NCBI GenBank assembly: GCA_013115145.1
Contig: JAAPAO010000074.1
Location: 25,880-89,879, forward strand
Direction of reading: 5' to 3'
Source: Perkinsus chesapeaki ATCC PRA-425
Taxonomy: Eukaryota; Protista; Perkinsozoa
Length of the DNA stretch: 64,000 nucleotides
The translations under genes were made by a program, and so were the position numbers. Shown in pieces: positions 44,401-57,541 of the stretch. Numbering within the stretch: the first letter of the stretch is position 1; every line of letters begins with the position of its first letter. A model generated the notes under the pieces. That model saw only the letters and a list, made by a program, of their open reading frames with translations. It made no database searches and had not been told where the DNA came from.

Positions 44401-47400
44401 CTTTGACATTGATCAAAGCTAACAGTATGCTTGCCAGCTAAGATACCACTAGTAAGCTGTAACATACTAGTCTTAACTCTTCTACTAAATCTAGCACCAC
44501 CAACACCACCAGCATGTTGACTTGACCATGCACCTTCTCTAACATCATCTAGCTCAGTACCAATAAGCCTACCATACAGTGGTTTCATCAGACCATCAAG
44601 TACCTTTTCAACAGGCATGGCTTTACCAACAGCCTCTAATATAGCATTAGCCTTTGGTCTAGCTGCCTCTGACACCTGCTTAGCTAACATCGGATTCTCC
44701 TCAGTTCCTTGTGTTGATTCTGCTCTCCCTTGCATTGATAACCATCTAGCTTCCTCCATACCATATATACCCATAACCTCTTTTAAGAATGCCTCAACAC
44801 CAGCCTCAGCCTCCTCAGTGCTATGCTCTTCCAGCCTAGCAGTGTCTATTATCTTACTAGCTGTAAAGACCGCAACTGGTGTCTGATAACCACCTCGAGA
44901 CATCCTTGTTCTAATAGTCCTCAGCATAAAGGTTATCTGTTTAAGAGTAGTAGCAGCTGCAGCCATACGTGATAGAGCATCTCGAGCCTTCCTTCTATCC
45001 TCTAACTCTCTTGATAATAATCCACCAACAACAACACCAGTTAGTTTATTAAACTCATTACCAAACACATCTGCATCCATTAGATTCAATACCTCCAACA
45101 TAGCAGATACCATACTAACCCTCACCGTAACATCATTACCTTCTTGCTGGTGCTGCTGATGATTTCGCCCTTTACCCATATGTTTGCTATCTGTAGGCCC
45201 CACAGTGACATCATCATCCCCACCGCCACCACGTTGCTTTGAATACACCAATCGTCTTAGCATAGGTAATACTGTTGCTTTAAGACTGCCTATCTTCTCA
45301 TTTAAATCATCTCTTTGTCTAACACCTTCTACAGCAGCTGATATCCCCTTTAACAATGCCTTCTCTACTTGCTCTGGACTAAGCCCTCGTCTACCTATAC
45401 CACGGTTCTTTAAACCGCCCTTCTTCCTATTAACACCACCACCTGGTTTAAGCTGTCCGCCTAGCCAACGGAACAAAGCAATAACTCTTGTCCAACTTAG
45501 TTCCTTAGATGCTAACTTAATTATATCAGTAGATACATCTACAAGGTTATGGTCATCGGGGCTATTAACCATATGATATCGTGCCAATGGTAATAACAGA
45601 TGTGTTATAGTAGACTTGGTCAGGAGGACTTGCTCATCATCACCTAGGGCTAATATCTTAACAAGTGCTCTATGCTGCCTTGATTTCTGTAAATGTATAA
45701 GATCTTCTAATATCCCTTCTTTAGCTAATGGTATAAGTTCAGTATGTAGAAGTTGTGCCCAGGTAGTATTGCCAGAGTCATCAGTGGCAGCAGTGGAGCC
45801 TGCTGCAATCTCATGGTCCTTATCCCAACCTTGGCTCACTGCAAATGGCCCTAGGTCTCGACAATAGGTAGTAATGATTCTTATACCACTATTAACAACC
45901 ACCTCAGCTGGATGATCTAATAACTTCCTCGACCATGGTATAATAATACCCCTTATTAAAGCTAATACTGTAGTATCTTCACTTCTATCACTACTACATT
46001 TACATAAACCATCTTCTATCAATCTTCTAACACCAAAGTCACATGATGGTTCACGTAATTGCCATAACATATGCCGTAGTACAGGAGCCTGTACCCACCA
46101 CCATTGAGATAGACTACCTTCTGGTGGGGCTGGGGATAATATTAGATTTAAAGCATCAACTTGTTTATCAAAGTCAGGCTCTCCACCTAGCTTATTAACC
46201 GCAGTCAAGTCTTGTAATAATTGTGATACCTTAACAACATCACCACCACCTCTACCAATACGATCATATATTATACCAAGAGCTGTAGCTATCTGATGTC
46301 TAGGCCCCAGACCAGATACAGTTGATAATGCCCTAGTTAATATACCAATAACATGCTCATTACTAGCCTCATCAATATTAGACCATAACTTTAATAATCC
46401 ACCATTAACAATAGTATCCATAATAGACTCAACTGCCTTTGCTATATGTTGTGGTTTGCTATTTCTACCACTCTTTAATGTAACCTCCAACTGGGTACAT
46501 AATAGCTTTACCAGTGTTGTTGCTGTTGATTCTTTATCACATAATGGTGCTAATATAGTCAATGCCTTTAATACTTCTGGATTACCAAGTTCACTACTAC
46601 CAAGTGATAATAATACTTCATCAATATGCTCTTTAACAATACATTCGCCTTCCTTTAATGCCTCTGAGTACTCTTCCTCTAATGCATGTAGTTCAGCAGC
46701 CTCATCAACAGCCTCCTCCTCGTCTTCATCATCCTCCCCTTGATGCCTTCTTATCCTCTTTCTCCTCAACCTAGTAGCCTTCTGATAACTCAGACCTCTC
46801 CTTGTTAACTTATCCTCAGCTAACTTGAATAGTTCTGCAGGCTCTGAGCCTCCCCTTAATAATAGAGTAACCAGTCTACATGCATCATAAAGGCATTTAC
46901 CACTATTACCACTATTAACAAATACCATTGTTAAGAAGTTAGGTGCCAACTCTTTAAATAATGAGAATAGGTTACCATTACTAGCTATAGATATAAGTAA
47001 TGTAAGTATTAGACTACTGTTACCAGCATGAGACATACCAATCATCCATTCATTAATATCATCCTTTAATGGTAATAATAATGTACCATAATCACCATCA
47101 TTTGGATGCTTCTCTAATAAACTACATATAAACTGTACCACTAGTTTACGTACAGTATTAGTAAACTCAGCATCATAATGGTTATCTTTAATATCATACC
47201 ATAGCTCAATAAGCCTTTTAGTTATCCTAGGTACATGAATCCCTAACCTTGTACCCATAGCCTTCTCTACATCTTTTAATGCCCTTATATACCCAATACA
47301 ACATTTCCTTAAATCACCACTTGTCTTAAGTGGTGCTTCCATAGCATCTAGGAATATAGATAGATCCTCTATTCTACCACCAGCTATATAGCTAAGTATT

Positions 47401-50400
47401 TGAGCCCTTCTAGTAGCTTGGGTTTGACCATGCTTATCTATACCACCCCCCTTAGCTGACAGTTTACCAAGTAATATACGGTATACAACATTAATAACCT
47501 AAAACACTATATAACAACAACAACAGCTCTATTCAGGTACTGCCCCTCTACCTTAGGCCTATCAGCATCTGTTATCCTATTTATATCGGTATCCTCCTCC
47601 TCCTCTTCATTATTATCCCCTTCCTTAGTATCATCTCCTAATGGTAACTTAAGCAACCCATCTCGGAATGTTTTATCATCAGCTAACATTAATATCTCCT
47701 TTTTATACCTACACCTGGTATACTACCTATCACTACCATTTATTATTATTACCTCTTTAATGCATCCCTCCATTCCCTACACTGTAATAATACTTGATAT
47801 CCTATTGTAGCCATACCAGCTCTACGTTTATTATGTCCTAGACTAGAGTCCCCTAATAGATGCTCTAATGCCATCCTTGATAGTTCTTCCTCCTCCATAT
47901 CCCCTTTAGGGCATATAAACCTAACCATAACAGTAACCCTCCCCAAGTCCCCCCTTTGCTGAACCTACGCTCTATCCTTAGCTACAGTGAGTAGGCAGTC
48001 TAATAGCTCACTAACTTGCCCTACTGATGCTGTTGGGTTACTGCCTATAGGATACTCATACCTTCCCTTTAATGCATTAATGCAGGTATTAACAAGCTAA
48101 CATAGAAGACTACAATAACATCTATCTCTAATTAGATCATACTATATTACCCATTTATTCTCATCACTATTCTCCTTCCTCATTTGTGGTGATGCTACTA
48201 TAACACTAGCAATAGCATTACATAGTTGTTGATGACGTGTAGTAGGCCCTGCTACTTGATGTTCCCTATTACCCTCTATTGCTATATGTAATCTAACATT
48301 ATTAAATACTATATCATAACCCATTACCATGCCTACGCCTTATCAGTTAACGATAGTTCCTCCTCCTTCTCTTCCTCTTCCCCTTTACTCATATCCTTAT
48401 CGTCTTTATCCTTTCCCATAAGCCTCCATACACCCTCTATACTATCCGTTAATGCCTGCCATACTGCATATCTCCTAGCTTTAGCAGCAGTAGGACGGCC
48501 ATTAGTAGCATCATCTGATACTATTTTAGATAAGGCTGCTGTAGTAGGTGACCATAATGTTGATAATGGTACACAGTATTCAGCTACTAGTATCTAATAT
48601 ACTATTAATATCATTACATTATATATTATTATATCACCTTAGCTGCTATATTTATATCTTGTTCAGTTGCATTAGGGTTAGTTGTTATTGCCTCTGCTAA
48701 ATGCCCTATTCTAATAATACGTTCCCTTTCTGTATCAATTCCTAATGGTCCTGTTGACTCCATTGATAAGGCTGATGATATAGCAGTTGAGTGTGGGTAT
48801 TTATCCATTAATATTGATAATGTAGCCTCCCTTACTGGACCTACTCTCCATTATTACTATAACCCATCCCTCCCCACCACCATTCTAGTACCTCTAGCAT
48901 CACTACATAACTGTATAAGCCTATTAATTGCTTCCTCTGTCTCTGGTATCCATCCTCTATAATGTAATGCCTCCAATATAGCACTACTCCCTATACTAAG
49001 TGCTCCTCTTTCAGTGACATAGGCATCTACTTCACCACTATCAGAATGGCATAGACGTATACATAATGGTTCTAATACAGCAGCAGTGGCTGTAGAGGCC
49101 TCCTTGCTATTAACATGCTTTATAGCCTAAAAGAGCTGCCGTTAAAGGTAATATAAGGTATTATTAATATATACCTTATGAAGTGCCTTATCCACCACCT
49201 TTGATATATATACTTCCCCCTTCTCCTTTATACCATCTATTAGTGCTAGATACGCCAAATCCTCTCCAACACTGGATTGTTTAGTTATATATCCCGCTGC
49301 TACTACACAAGCTCTCTGTGTTAGTTTAACATCCATATTACCCGATACTACTTGATCTAGGAATGATCGCCTGAAGTAATAATGTTCTATATAACACCCT
49401 AGAGATGAACTATACTATTACATTGCTACGGCTAAGTCTGATATAGCTGTATGGTTATTAAAGGTAGAGCATAGAGTATTCCATATAGTACTAGCTATTT
49501 GAGACCATCCACCTTCGTCTTCCTCTTCCTCTATAGGGCCATGTAAGGTAGATATAAACTGTAATGTTGATGGTTGATCTATTGATATAGATACCTATTA
49601 GACCATATCCCCATTCGACGCTATCCCCACCATTACTACCTTATCACATATATCATCTAACCTTCCTTCCTCCCCCAATACATTAATAAATATAGGTAAT
49701 AATGCATGTCCAGTATCAGTCATAGCCTTACATAGCCTTATACTATCCTTGCCCTCTACACTACTATCCATAACACCACGTACTCTGTCTATAACACTAG
49801 TATCTACTCATCTCACTACTACCCTACTATATCCCTTATAACCTTACCTTCAATATCCTTAACTTTACCAACAGTCCCTAACATCTGTAATAGTTCTACC
49901 CATTCCTCTACATCCCTTTTAGGCGGCAACTCCTGTAATAGTATATCCCCAAAGGTGCCCAATAACAGTGGTATTTGAGAATGACATGTCAACAGTAGGC
50001 GTTTGAATACATTAACCATGAGAGAAAGGCCCTCCTCCACATCCGAATTATCACCTAAACTCCGTATCTTTATGCCCCACATTATGTATTATTACCATTA
50101 TGTCCTCCTCTTCTTGTCCATCCCAACATAGTTTCTATAATAGATTTAGCCTTTGTATGGAATGTAGTACCAACACCTTTACACGCCTCTGTTATAACTA
50201 TTGCTACACTATCACTAAGTTGATCACTCTTTAATGATAACCCCAATACAACCTAATATCCCAATACCCTCCCTTCATCAATAACTTTAGCTTACTACCT
50301 CTAAAGCCCCTTTAGTCTTCTCTGAGCTGGCACTACGTCTTAGAAGATAAGCCAGACTTTCACTGGCAAACTGACGTATATATCTGATGAACATGTAATA

Positions 50401-51267
50401 AGACACTCATCCATCGCCGTTGTCATTACCCTTTTTTATGGGATAACAATTGCTCGTATTGTGATACAAAGGTAGAGAAGGTATTGGTATCGGCTAGTAG
50501 GTAGGTTGATAGATACCTATATAGGTGTTGTAAAGGGGGTGAGGATGAATGATGATATACTACTTGAATAGATATCCTAAACATTGAAATATCCACTCCA
50601 TTGCATCTGTATCCTCTAATCTAGTCTCTAATAACCATACTAATGTAGGGAATAGTGTGTTCACAAAGTATGGCATTAACTCCCCTCTAGTATCACGGGC
50701 CAATACCTAGTGAAGAGTAGAAGGAAGAGTGGTATGATAATATTACCGGTAACATACCCAACAATGGCTCTAGTGCTAATGAATTCTCTTTATGCAAATG
50801 CTTATCAAATACACTACATATCTTATCTAGATGATGTAGTATATGTGGCATTGTTCGAACCTTATAATAACCATTATACTATACCATTATATAATATTAC
50901 CAATGGTAATATATCCCTTAATGCATCATCAAAATCAGCAGTTCTATTCTCTAATCTCCATCTTCTACATTCCTCTTTGATATAAGATGTATCTATCCTA
51001 TTATCCGATATAGTATCCAAATACTCATAATTCTTGGTAACAGTGGCATTAATATTTCTTATACGTTCACCAAATCCTGCAAATACATGCCTATTCTGTC
51101 GTTTATCATCCCCATTAACCTATATAATAATCTATTTCTATTATCTTATATATTATTACCTTTCTCCGTTTAGCCTGTGTCCTCTGTAATTGTAGTTTAG
51201 TAGTATTACCACCTATACCATCATTTTTATTCCTTTTTAAACCGTGTCGTGACGGGGTAGGTGCCAT
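41478..51267 (-). CDS. UTP20: Small-subunit processome HEAT-repeat protein UTP20 (DRIM)
   Basis: N-terminal FAGFGERIRNI and TMPHILHHLDKI. Central EDLIHLQKSRQHRAL, LLSRELEDRRKARDAL and RGGYQTPVAVFT. C-terminal RSRQRRKADEKANAIVNPQETAERKLAKR. Many short 5' introns, then a 5.4 kb exon (41925-47342). Confidence 0.85.
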
Positions 51268-51426
51268 CAGATACGATATGGTTCAAGTATGACTAACCAG
51301 ACCTTTAGAACGCCAATACTATCGGGCACTGCCTACATTAAGGCGATTATAGAAGTGTGAATTATTCCGGATAGTATAATCGTTGGTGCATAATCGTTTG
51401 GCATTGGTTGCGGGCGTACGTTACCG
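51268..51426. promoter_or_regulatory. Candidate bidirectional promoter upstream of UTP20
   Basis: About 160 nt head-to-head spacer, locally CpG-richer than the flanking genes. Confidence 0.4.
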
Positions 51427-51477
51427 ATGTTAGACGTTGTCGAAGTTGCTTTTGTTAGCACTTTATTATTGTCCCCC

Positions 51478-53100
51478 ATGCCGGGGTGTTATGAATTATC
51501 AATGAATGATTCTATATTACCACCATTACCTCCTCTACCTCCTAATGATGGGGGTGGTAATAGTTCATTAGGCTGCTGTGGATGGGTAGATAGGCATACA
51601 TACAAGGCTTTTGCAGCTTATAATAGGTATTAATTATATATAATAATATTATATAATTGATATATTAGGACTAAGGAGTGTTATGGATCATATCGTGGTA
51701 CATTACCTTGTATAATTGAAGAGGACCCTTCAGGATCTATATTGGGTGACTCTAATAATAGCAGGTTATAATAAAGGTCAATGGAATACAGGATATAGTA
51801 GGATTGAGTATTTAGGAACGACAACAATTCAACAACACCACTGTTCTACAATAATAAAGATGACCATCATCATCCTCATCACCAACAACAACATCATTGT
51901 TGTTTATTATCTCCTATTACTGTTGCGGAGATATCATGTCGAACTAGGGAATGGAATACATATGTTGCCCATTGTAGATCATCAAAGAACAAGTTTTGTT
52001 AACAACAACCACCACTAGTGGCATTCGTTGTGAGCGTACTGCCCTAAACATTAGCCACGTAAGAATGGTTGTTATTCTATCTACAGAAGGAGGAGGAAGA
52101 AGAAGACGGTAACCTCAATACTTCATCCCCCCCACTGACCTATTACATTTCTGGATCCCTTATATTCTCCTTAAATTGGAGTTCTATTTGGTATTTATCT
52201 TTTGGTTGTCTTATCTGGGTAATAAGACTACTATCTCCACCACTGCACTCTATTATCGCTCCTACTACTACCCTATATGATGACTGTTGTATAATATAAT
52301 GTATTGTGTTATTATCACTATATATCCTATAGTTGTTTTTGATGTGTTCCACCATTCATCCTCTTACTACTGCTTCAGCTGTAGTATCCCATTTTCCCCC
52401 TTATCATCATCATAATCGTGAGCAGCTACATTCTGAAACTAACAGTGTATGCCGTGGTAGTGGTGGGGGTAGTAGTAGTCTAGCGTCTCGGTGCTCTAGG
52501 CATGGACTTGCTACTAGTAGTACTAGTGCTGTTAGTGTAGCTAAGCGAAGATTACAAAGGACATTTGATTTAAATAAACAGTAATATTATAATAAGGTAT
52601 TAGTATAGGTTATTAATAGATGTCGAGAAGCATACGTACAATATAGGGTATCATTACCATCAATAGATGAGGAAGTAGATGATGATGACGACGACGATCA
52701 TCATCATTTTCAAAGTTGCCTACTAAACAATAATAGGTATTCATATTGTTCATTATCTGATGGTAATAATTCTGTAAAGTCATATAGTGATGAGGATGAT
52801 GATATTGATGATTGTACAAAGTAATAGTAAGCTGGTATGATAATGGATTTATAACGGTTATTAGGTATGCTGCCTCCGCTGTAGGGTATGTAAATAGTAA
52901 TAATACGGCACCATATCTACCTATACCAAAAAGATCATTTGAATGCCGCCGGTATAAGAAGCCTACAATACTTACTTTTAATGTAACCCTTAAAGGAGTA
53001 CAGGATTTTATGTCCACGAAGGAAGAAGCAGCAGGAGGAGGAGGTGCTGTTGTTGGGAGGAGATAATAATAAGCTAGGGGCGGTTAGCTCCATGTGTCAT
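51478..53100 (+). CDS. Multi-exon low-complexity hypothetical protein
   Basis: Plus-strand coding-like pieces (MPGCYELSMNDSILPPLPPLPP; 52333-52584; 52812-53066) separated by AT-rich GT-AG introns. The chain was not resolved. Confidence 0.35.
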
Positions 53101-53360
53101 AAACGTAATAACATTTAGGATTTCCATCCTAATTGTTATCGGTCAATAGGATTATCACTACATTATCGGTATTTTGTCCCTGTCATCACTGGTAGTATAG
53201 TAATAATCCTTATAATAGTCTATTGCCATAGTCATTACGGTAGTCCATACCATTCGCTGACTATCGGGTAACCGTCATCATCGCCCTAGATTTGAGTTAT
53301 ATCCATATTATCATCTTATATAGTTTTTTTGGTCCCTAGAAGGTCGGCAACCCGGCGATA

Positions 53361-55538
53361 ATGTTTTTTCACCGATCATATCTTACCGCCATTGCCGCCT
53401 CCTCGTCCCTCCTGGCCTTGGCTGCTACAGCAAAAGAGGTAAAGAAGGCTACATTAAGGACTTTGGTTATTGTTGATGAGGATAATGAAGAGAGGGATAA
53501 GAAAATATATTCTGAATTATATTCAGATCTTAAAGGTGATATATTAGTAGAAATGGTTATGTTATGCATTATTATTACCATCCATCAGATGCCGGCCATG
53601 ATATCACTTTTGCTGCATATAATGATTTAGATCTTAAGCTAGAGGAGTATGGTGAATGGTTATATGATAACATTATTATTAATGCTAATGGGATTAATGG
53701 TAATAACTTCTTATCATACCCTACTACCTCTCCTTTCCTCAATCTACCCCTTTCAGCATTCCCTGTTAACGAAGATCGTAGGCGTAAGTTCAAATCGGTT
53801 GATGCTGAAATGGTAAGGCATATGCACTATTATATGTTAATGATGCTATTATTACTGTCAGAGGGAAGCAAAATCGGCCAATGTGCAGCGGAAGGGCATT
53901 TCTATGTATGATTTAGTAGACTTTGTTGATAAGGGTAATAGAAGTATTGTTATTAATGCTGGTAGGGATACTAATGGCAATGCTTTTAGAAAGTAATTAT
54001 AATATTAACAATATAAGTCCGTACTATTGCTATCATCATTTAGGCTGGTTAATGAATTTGGATTTGAGCTATATGATCAGGATTCATCTGTTGTGGATCA
54101 TTTCCATTTCGTAGGGGATGATCATACCATTGTAATAAGCTACTACTACCACCGCCGATGCTATGATTTAATTCGTTATTAGGTTTGGACACAGAACTTC
54201 TATGCTCCTAGAGTTACACACTTGAATGGAGTTAAGAAGGATGATAAGATACTATTTGGTAGAGGAATAGCACATTCATTATCACCTAATAATAGGAGAG
54301 TCTTTCCGGTAACATCACCGCCGCCGCCGCCGCTCTAACCAAGGGGCGGCTGCTACCGTCCACTATCAATTTAACAATAGGTTATCAAATCCTCTCGTAG
54401 TGCATATTCAGAAGATTCTAATGAACAGGTTATGATGAATAATGGAGCAGCACCTTTAGGTAGTAGTAGTAGTATGTTGAGATATATCTTATCAGGATAC
54501 ATTATTCTTCAGATGGGCTTAATCTGGTATCAGCTCTGCAAGCTCGTAATGGCGCTAGAGTGCTACTTGTTGGATCAAAGGATATATGTGCTAATAAGAT
54601 GTACTATAGTGATGGTATAGTGGCATATCATTAACGCGGTTGTTATTATTAGATATGACAATAATAATAATAAAGGATATAATAATAGGGATATATGTAA
54701 AGCAATGTATACTTGGACATTCAATCAAAGAGGTATATAATATTAATATTATATTATATCAATGTTCCATTATGTTATAGGTGTTATTAGAGCTACTAGT
54801 ATGAGACATCATAAGGTTGGTGAGGAAGAGGCACCTTATATGTATACTGAAGGGGATGATATTAGTAATAATAACAAAATATACCAGTGTAATATTATAT
54901 ATTATTGTTATTAGCATTTGAAATCCAACTAGAGGAGCTAACTATGAAAGGATGGACTCCTTATACTACTAATGATGTAATAAGTGTATTATAATAATAA
55001 TAGGAATTAACTATTCTTAACAACTATTGATATCAGATGCAACTAGAATATACTATGTTGGATCCTCATATTAGAGCATTCCTTATCCCTGATAAGTCGA
55101 CTAAAGGTTTACATACCCTTACATTCAAGGCACCTGATGTTTATGGGATATTTAAGTTCGTGGTAGGTGGTTAATATTATTATTAATAATATCTATACCA
55201 GGTAAACTACGATAGATTAGGGTTAAATCCATTACATATAGAAGAAGTAGCCCCATTGAGGAACTATAAGCATAATGATTATCCAAGGTTCCTCTTCTGT
55301 GCCTATCCCTATTATGCTTCCGTAATACAACAACCTCTTCAAGCTTTGTCTATTTATCTTTAGGTTTTTGTCGCCGCTTTTGGCCTATTTGTGGTTGCCT
55401 TCCTTATGATGTAACTATTCCTATTCTACTATATGTTGATATACCTCACTCAGATACGATAAGGACACATCCTCAGTTGCCCCGAGCCGTGCCAACTCTC
55501 CTCCTCGTAAGGTGGTGGAGTCGAAGAAGACGAAATGA
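53361..55538 (+). CDS. DDOST: Oligosaccharyltransferase 48 kDa subunit (OST48/Wbp1/DDOST)
   Basis: Signal peptide MFFHRSYLTAIAASSSLLALAATA. Motifs LEEYGEWLYDNII, LVSALQARNGARV, GVIRATSMRHHKVGE, QLEYTMLDPHIR, FKAPDVYGIFKFVV, PLRNYKHNDYPRFLFCAYPYYAS, then a TM helix. A last intron gives a tail ending SKKTK* (KKxx ER-retrieval signal). Confidence 0.93.
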
Positions 55539-55550
55539 GCATCATCATTC

Positions 55551-55580
<30 letters not shown>
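55551..55580 (+). repeat. (ACG)10 perfect trinucleotide microsatellite
   Basis: acgacgacg... for 30 nt, starting 13 nt after the OST48 stop codon. Confidence 0.9.
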
Positions 55581-55581
<1 letters not shown>

Positions 55582-55731
55582 ATGAGTTTTCTCAATAGCA
55601 CCACTTCTATGTGGGTCTATCTCCTTTACCTAAGCTTGAGTTATCCAGTTCATACACACATAACGCAAGGAGAATGACAATCAGAACGCAAAACGCACAT
55701 GAGTTCACAACAAGGGATTTGCTGGACCTCA

Positions 55732-56190
55732 TGATGATGACATTATGATACGTTCGATAAGGACACCGTGCTCGTTCAACACCCTCAGTATCCTTGAGCC
55801 CTCAACGATGTTAAGTGAACCTAATACTACTGCAATACATTAGACTATCATGTGTTAGTAGTGTACCATAGACAATACATAATATCATCTTATTAATATG
55901 TTTAGGAAGGCTTGTTGGATAAATCTCTATTGCCAACATGCACCGTTCTGGCTCTTCTATAGGTCGCTCTGAAAATAGGCTATAAACAGCGCACCAACCA
56001 GTCTATTATTTAACGTGGCATGTTAATGTTGTATGGTCTGAACTCGGTCTGATGGTACATCCTTATCGCCTTCGACGTTTCTATAGCCACAGCTTCAGCG
56101 TTGCCTAGCATAAACCACTTCTCTGATGTGGATCTGATGTAGCAGTGGCATGCAGAAGCCATTAAAATGCACAAACAGGTCCATTAGCCA
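55732..56190 (-). CDS. Possible small multi-exon hypothetical gene
   Basis: Short open stretches flanked by GT/AG (LFSERPIEEPERCMLAIEIYPTSLPKHINK; VVLGSLNIVEGSRILRVLNEHGVLIERII). No recognised domain. Confidence 0.25.
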
Positions 56191-56311
56191 AGGCTCAGTT
56201 GATATGAAAATTTGCGGGCAGGATCTATCACCGCGAGTTTCCTTCGTCACAAGGCATCTATACAACAACGACGCTGACAACTCCCAAACAAAAGTTTAAA
56301 GCGCTTACAGT

Positions 56312-57416
56312 ATGTCAGTAGAGAAGGCTTCACAAAGCTGCTTGAGAGCATTTGAATTGGTCATCGATGGTCTGATGATAGAACACGCGTGTCACAAGTA
56401 TGTGGAGTTTGATGCTCCGACCATGTACCGTTCCGGTGAGATGCAGTCCATTACTGTAGTGTGGACTCCGCTCGTACATACTCCATTTTCCGAGTTATAC
56501 CCATGGACCACATTAAAAGCGCTAACTTGCATCATTGCTTCTATTACTCCCTTTGAGACGATAAGAGGATCCCCCTATAGGAAAGATTTATGTTTAATGA
56601 TTGATTACTGTGTGACAGGACAGGAACGTGCCATGAGACCTACGTGCTTCTCCATAATATCATCGACTATTCTTGCCTGAATGCTGCAAGTAAAACCAGC
56701 GTAGAAGCCCCCTTTCCTTACCTGCGACTTTGCCAACTCCTCAAGACTGGCCAGCGAGATATTGCTTATGCCACATGATTGGATGCATGCAAGTGTGCAG
56801 TCTTTTGTAGAATCATAGGTAACATATACGAAGGCAGGCCGACACCGGAAAACCTACGGTGCAATGCCCATGATTATCACACACTATCTTACTATGCAGT
56901 TATCGCGGAATGTGCCTTTATGGGTTGATATCCTTCGAGCTAGTGCGTGAAGAAGGGAGGAATGTGCAAGCCTTACTCTGGGCAAGTGCTCTCGGTCTTC
57001 TACCGTCTACAACATTGGAACCCAATTTCATCACGCTTTCGAACAGTTGCTACCAGCAATGGGTCTCCGGTCGAATTGGCTATCTGCGCCCAATAAGCGA
57101 CCATGGTATTGGAAAGACTCGTCTGTCTGCCCAACTTCCCTCGTTGGCCACGGATAACGGGTAAGAGCGCCCGTGACAGCTACTTACTAGAAGGTTAACG
57201 CAAGTTAGTGTGTGTTATGGGAAAAGGACAACATGTGAGATGAACATGAGTGTCTTGAGTGCTGCTTCAATACTATTGGATATTGCAAAATCTGCTGAAG
57301 AGGGATCTAAGATAATGGCAACATCCAAGCTGGAACACTTCAAAAGGATTTACTTTTTAGGCTTCAATGAGGCAAGATCGGCCGCTGAAGAGAAAAGAAA
57401 TGCGCATAATTTTTGA
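56312..57416 (+). CDS. Multi-exon hypothetical protein
   Basis: ORFs 56312-56680, 56910-57164 and 57210-57416 have plausible short introns between them. No domain recognised. Confidence 0.4.
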
Positions 57417-57541
57417 CGGGAGCCTAGCGAGTAAAAACAAGTGACCTTTTCAATGCGACAAGCGAATCTCCGGCGTGACCTCCTTTTTGAGATCAAGAAA
57501 GGTTTAATGTTTAGCCGCGGCAAGAGAAGTTACAAGGCTCG

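Noticed and set aside
55340-55414. OST48 apparently ending at FLMM* with no KKxx signal
   Set aside because: A further GT-AG intron restores the tail YDKDTSS...ESKKTK* ending at 55538.
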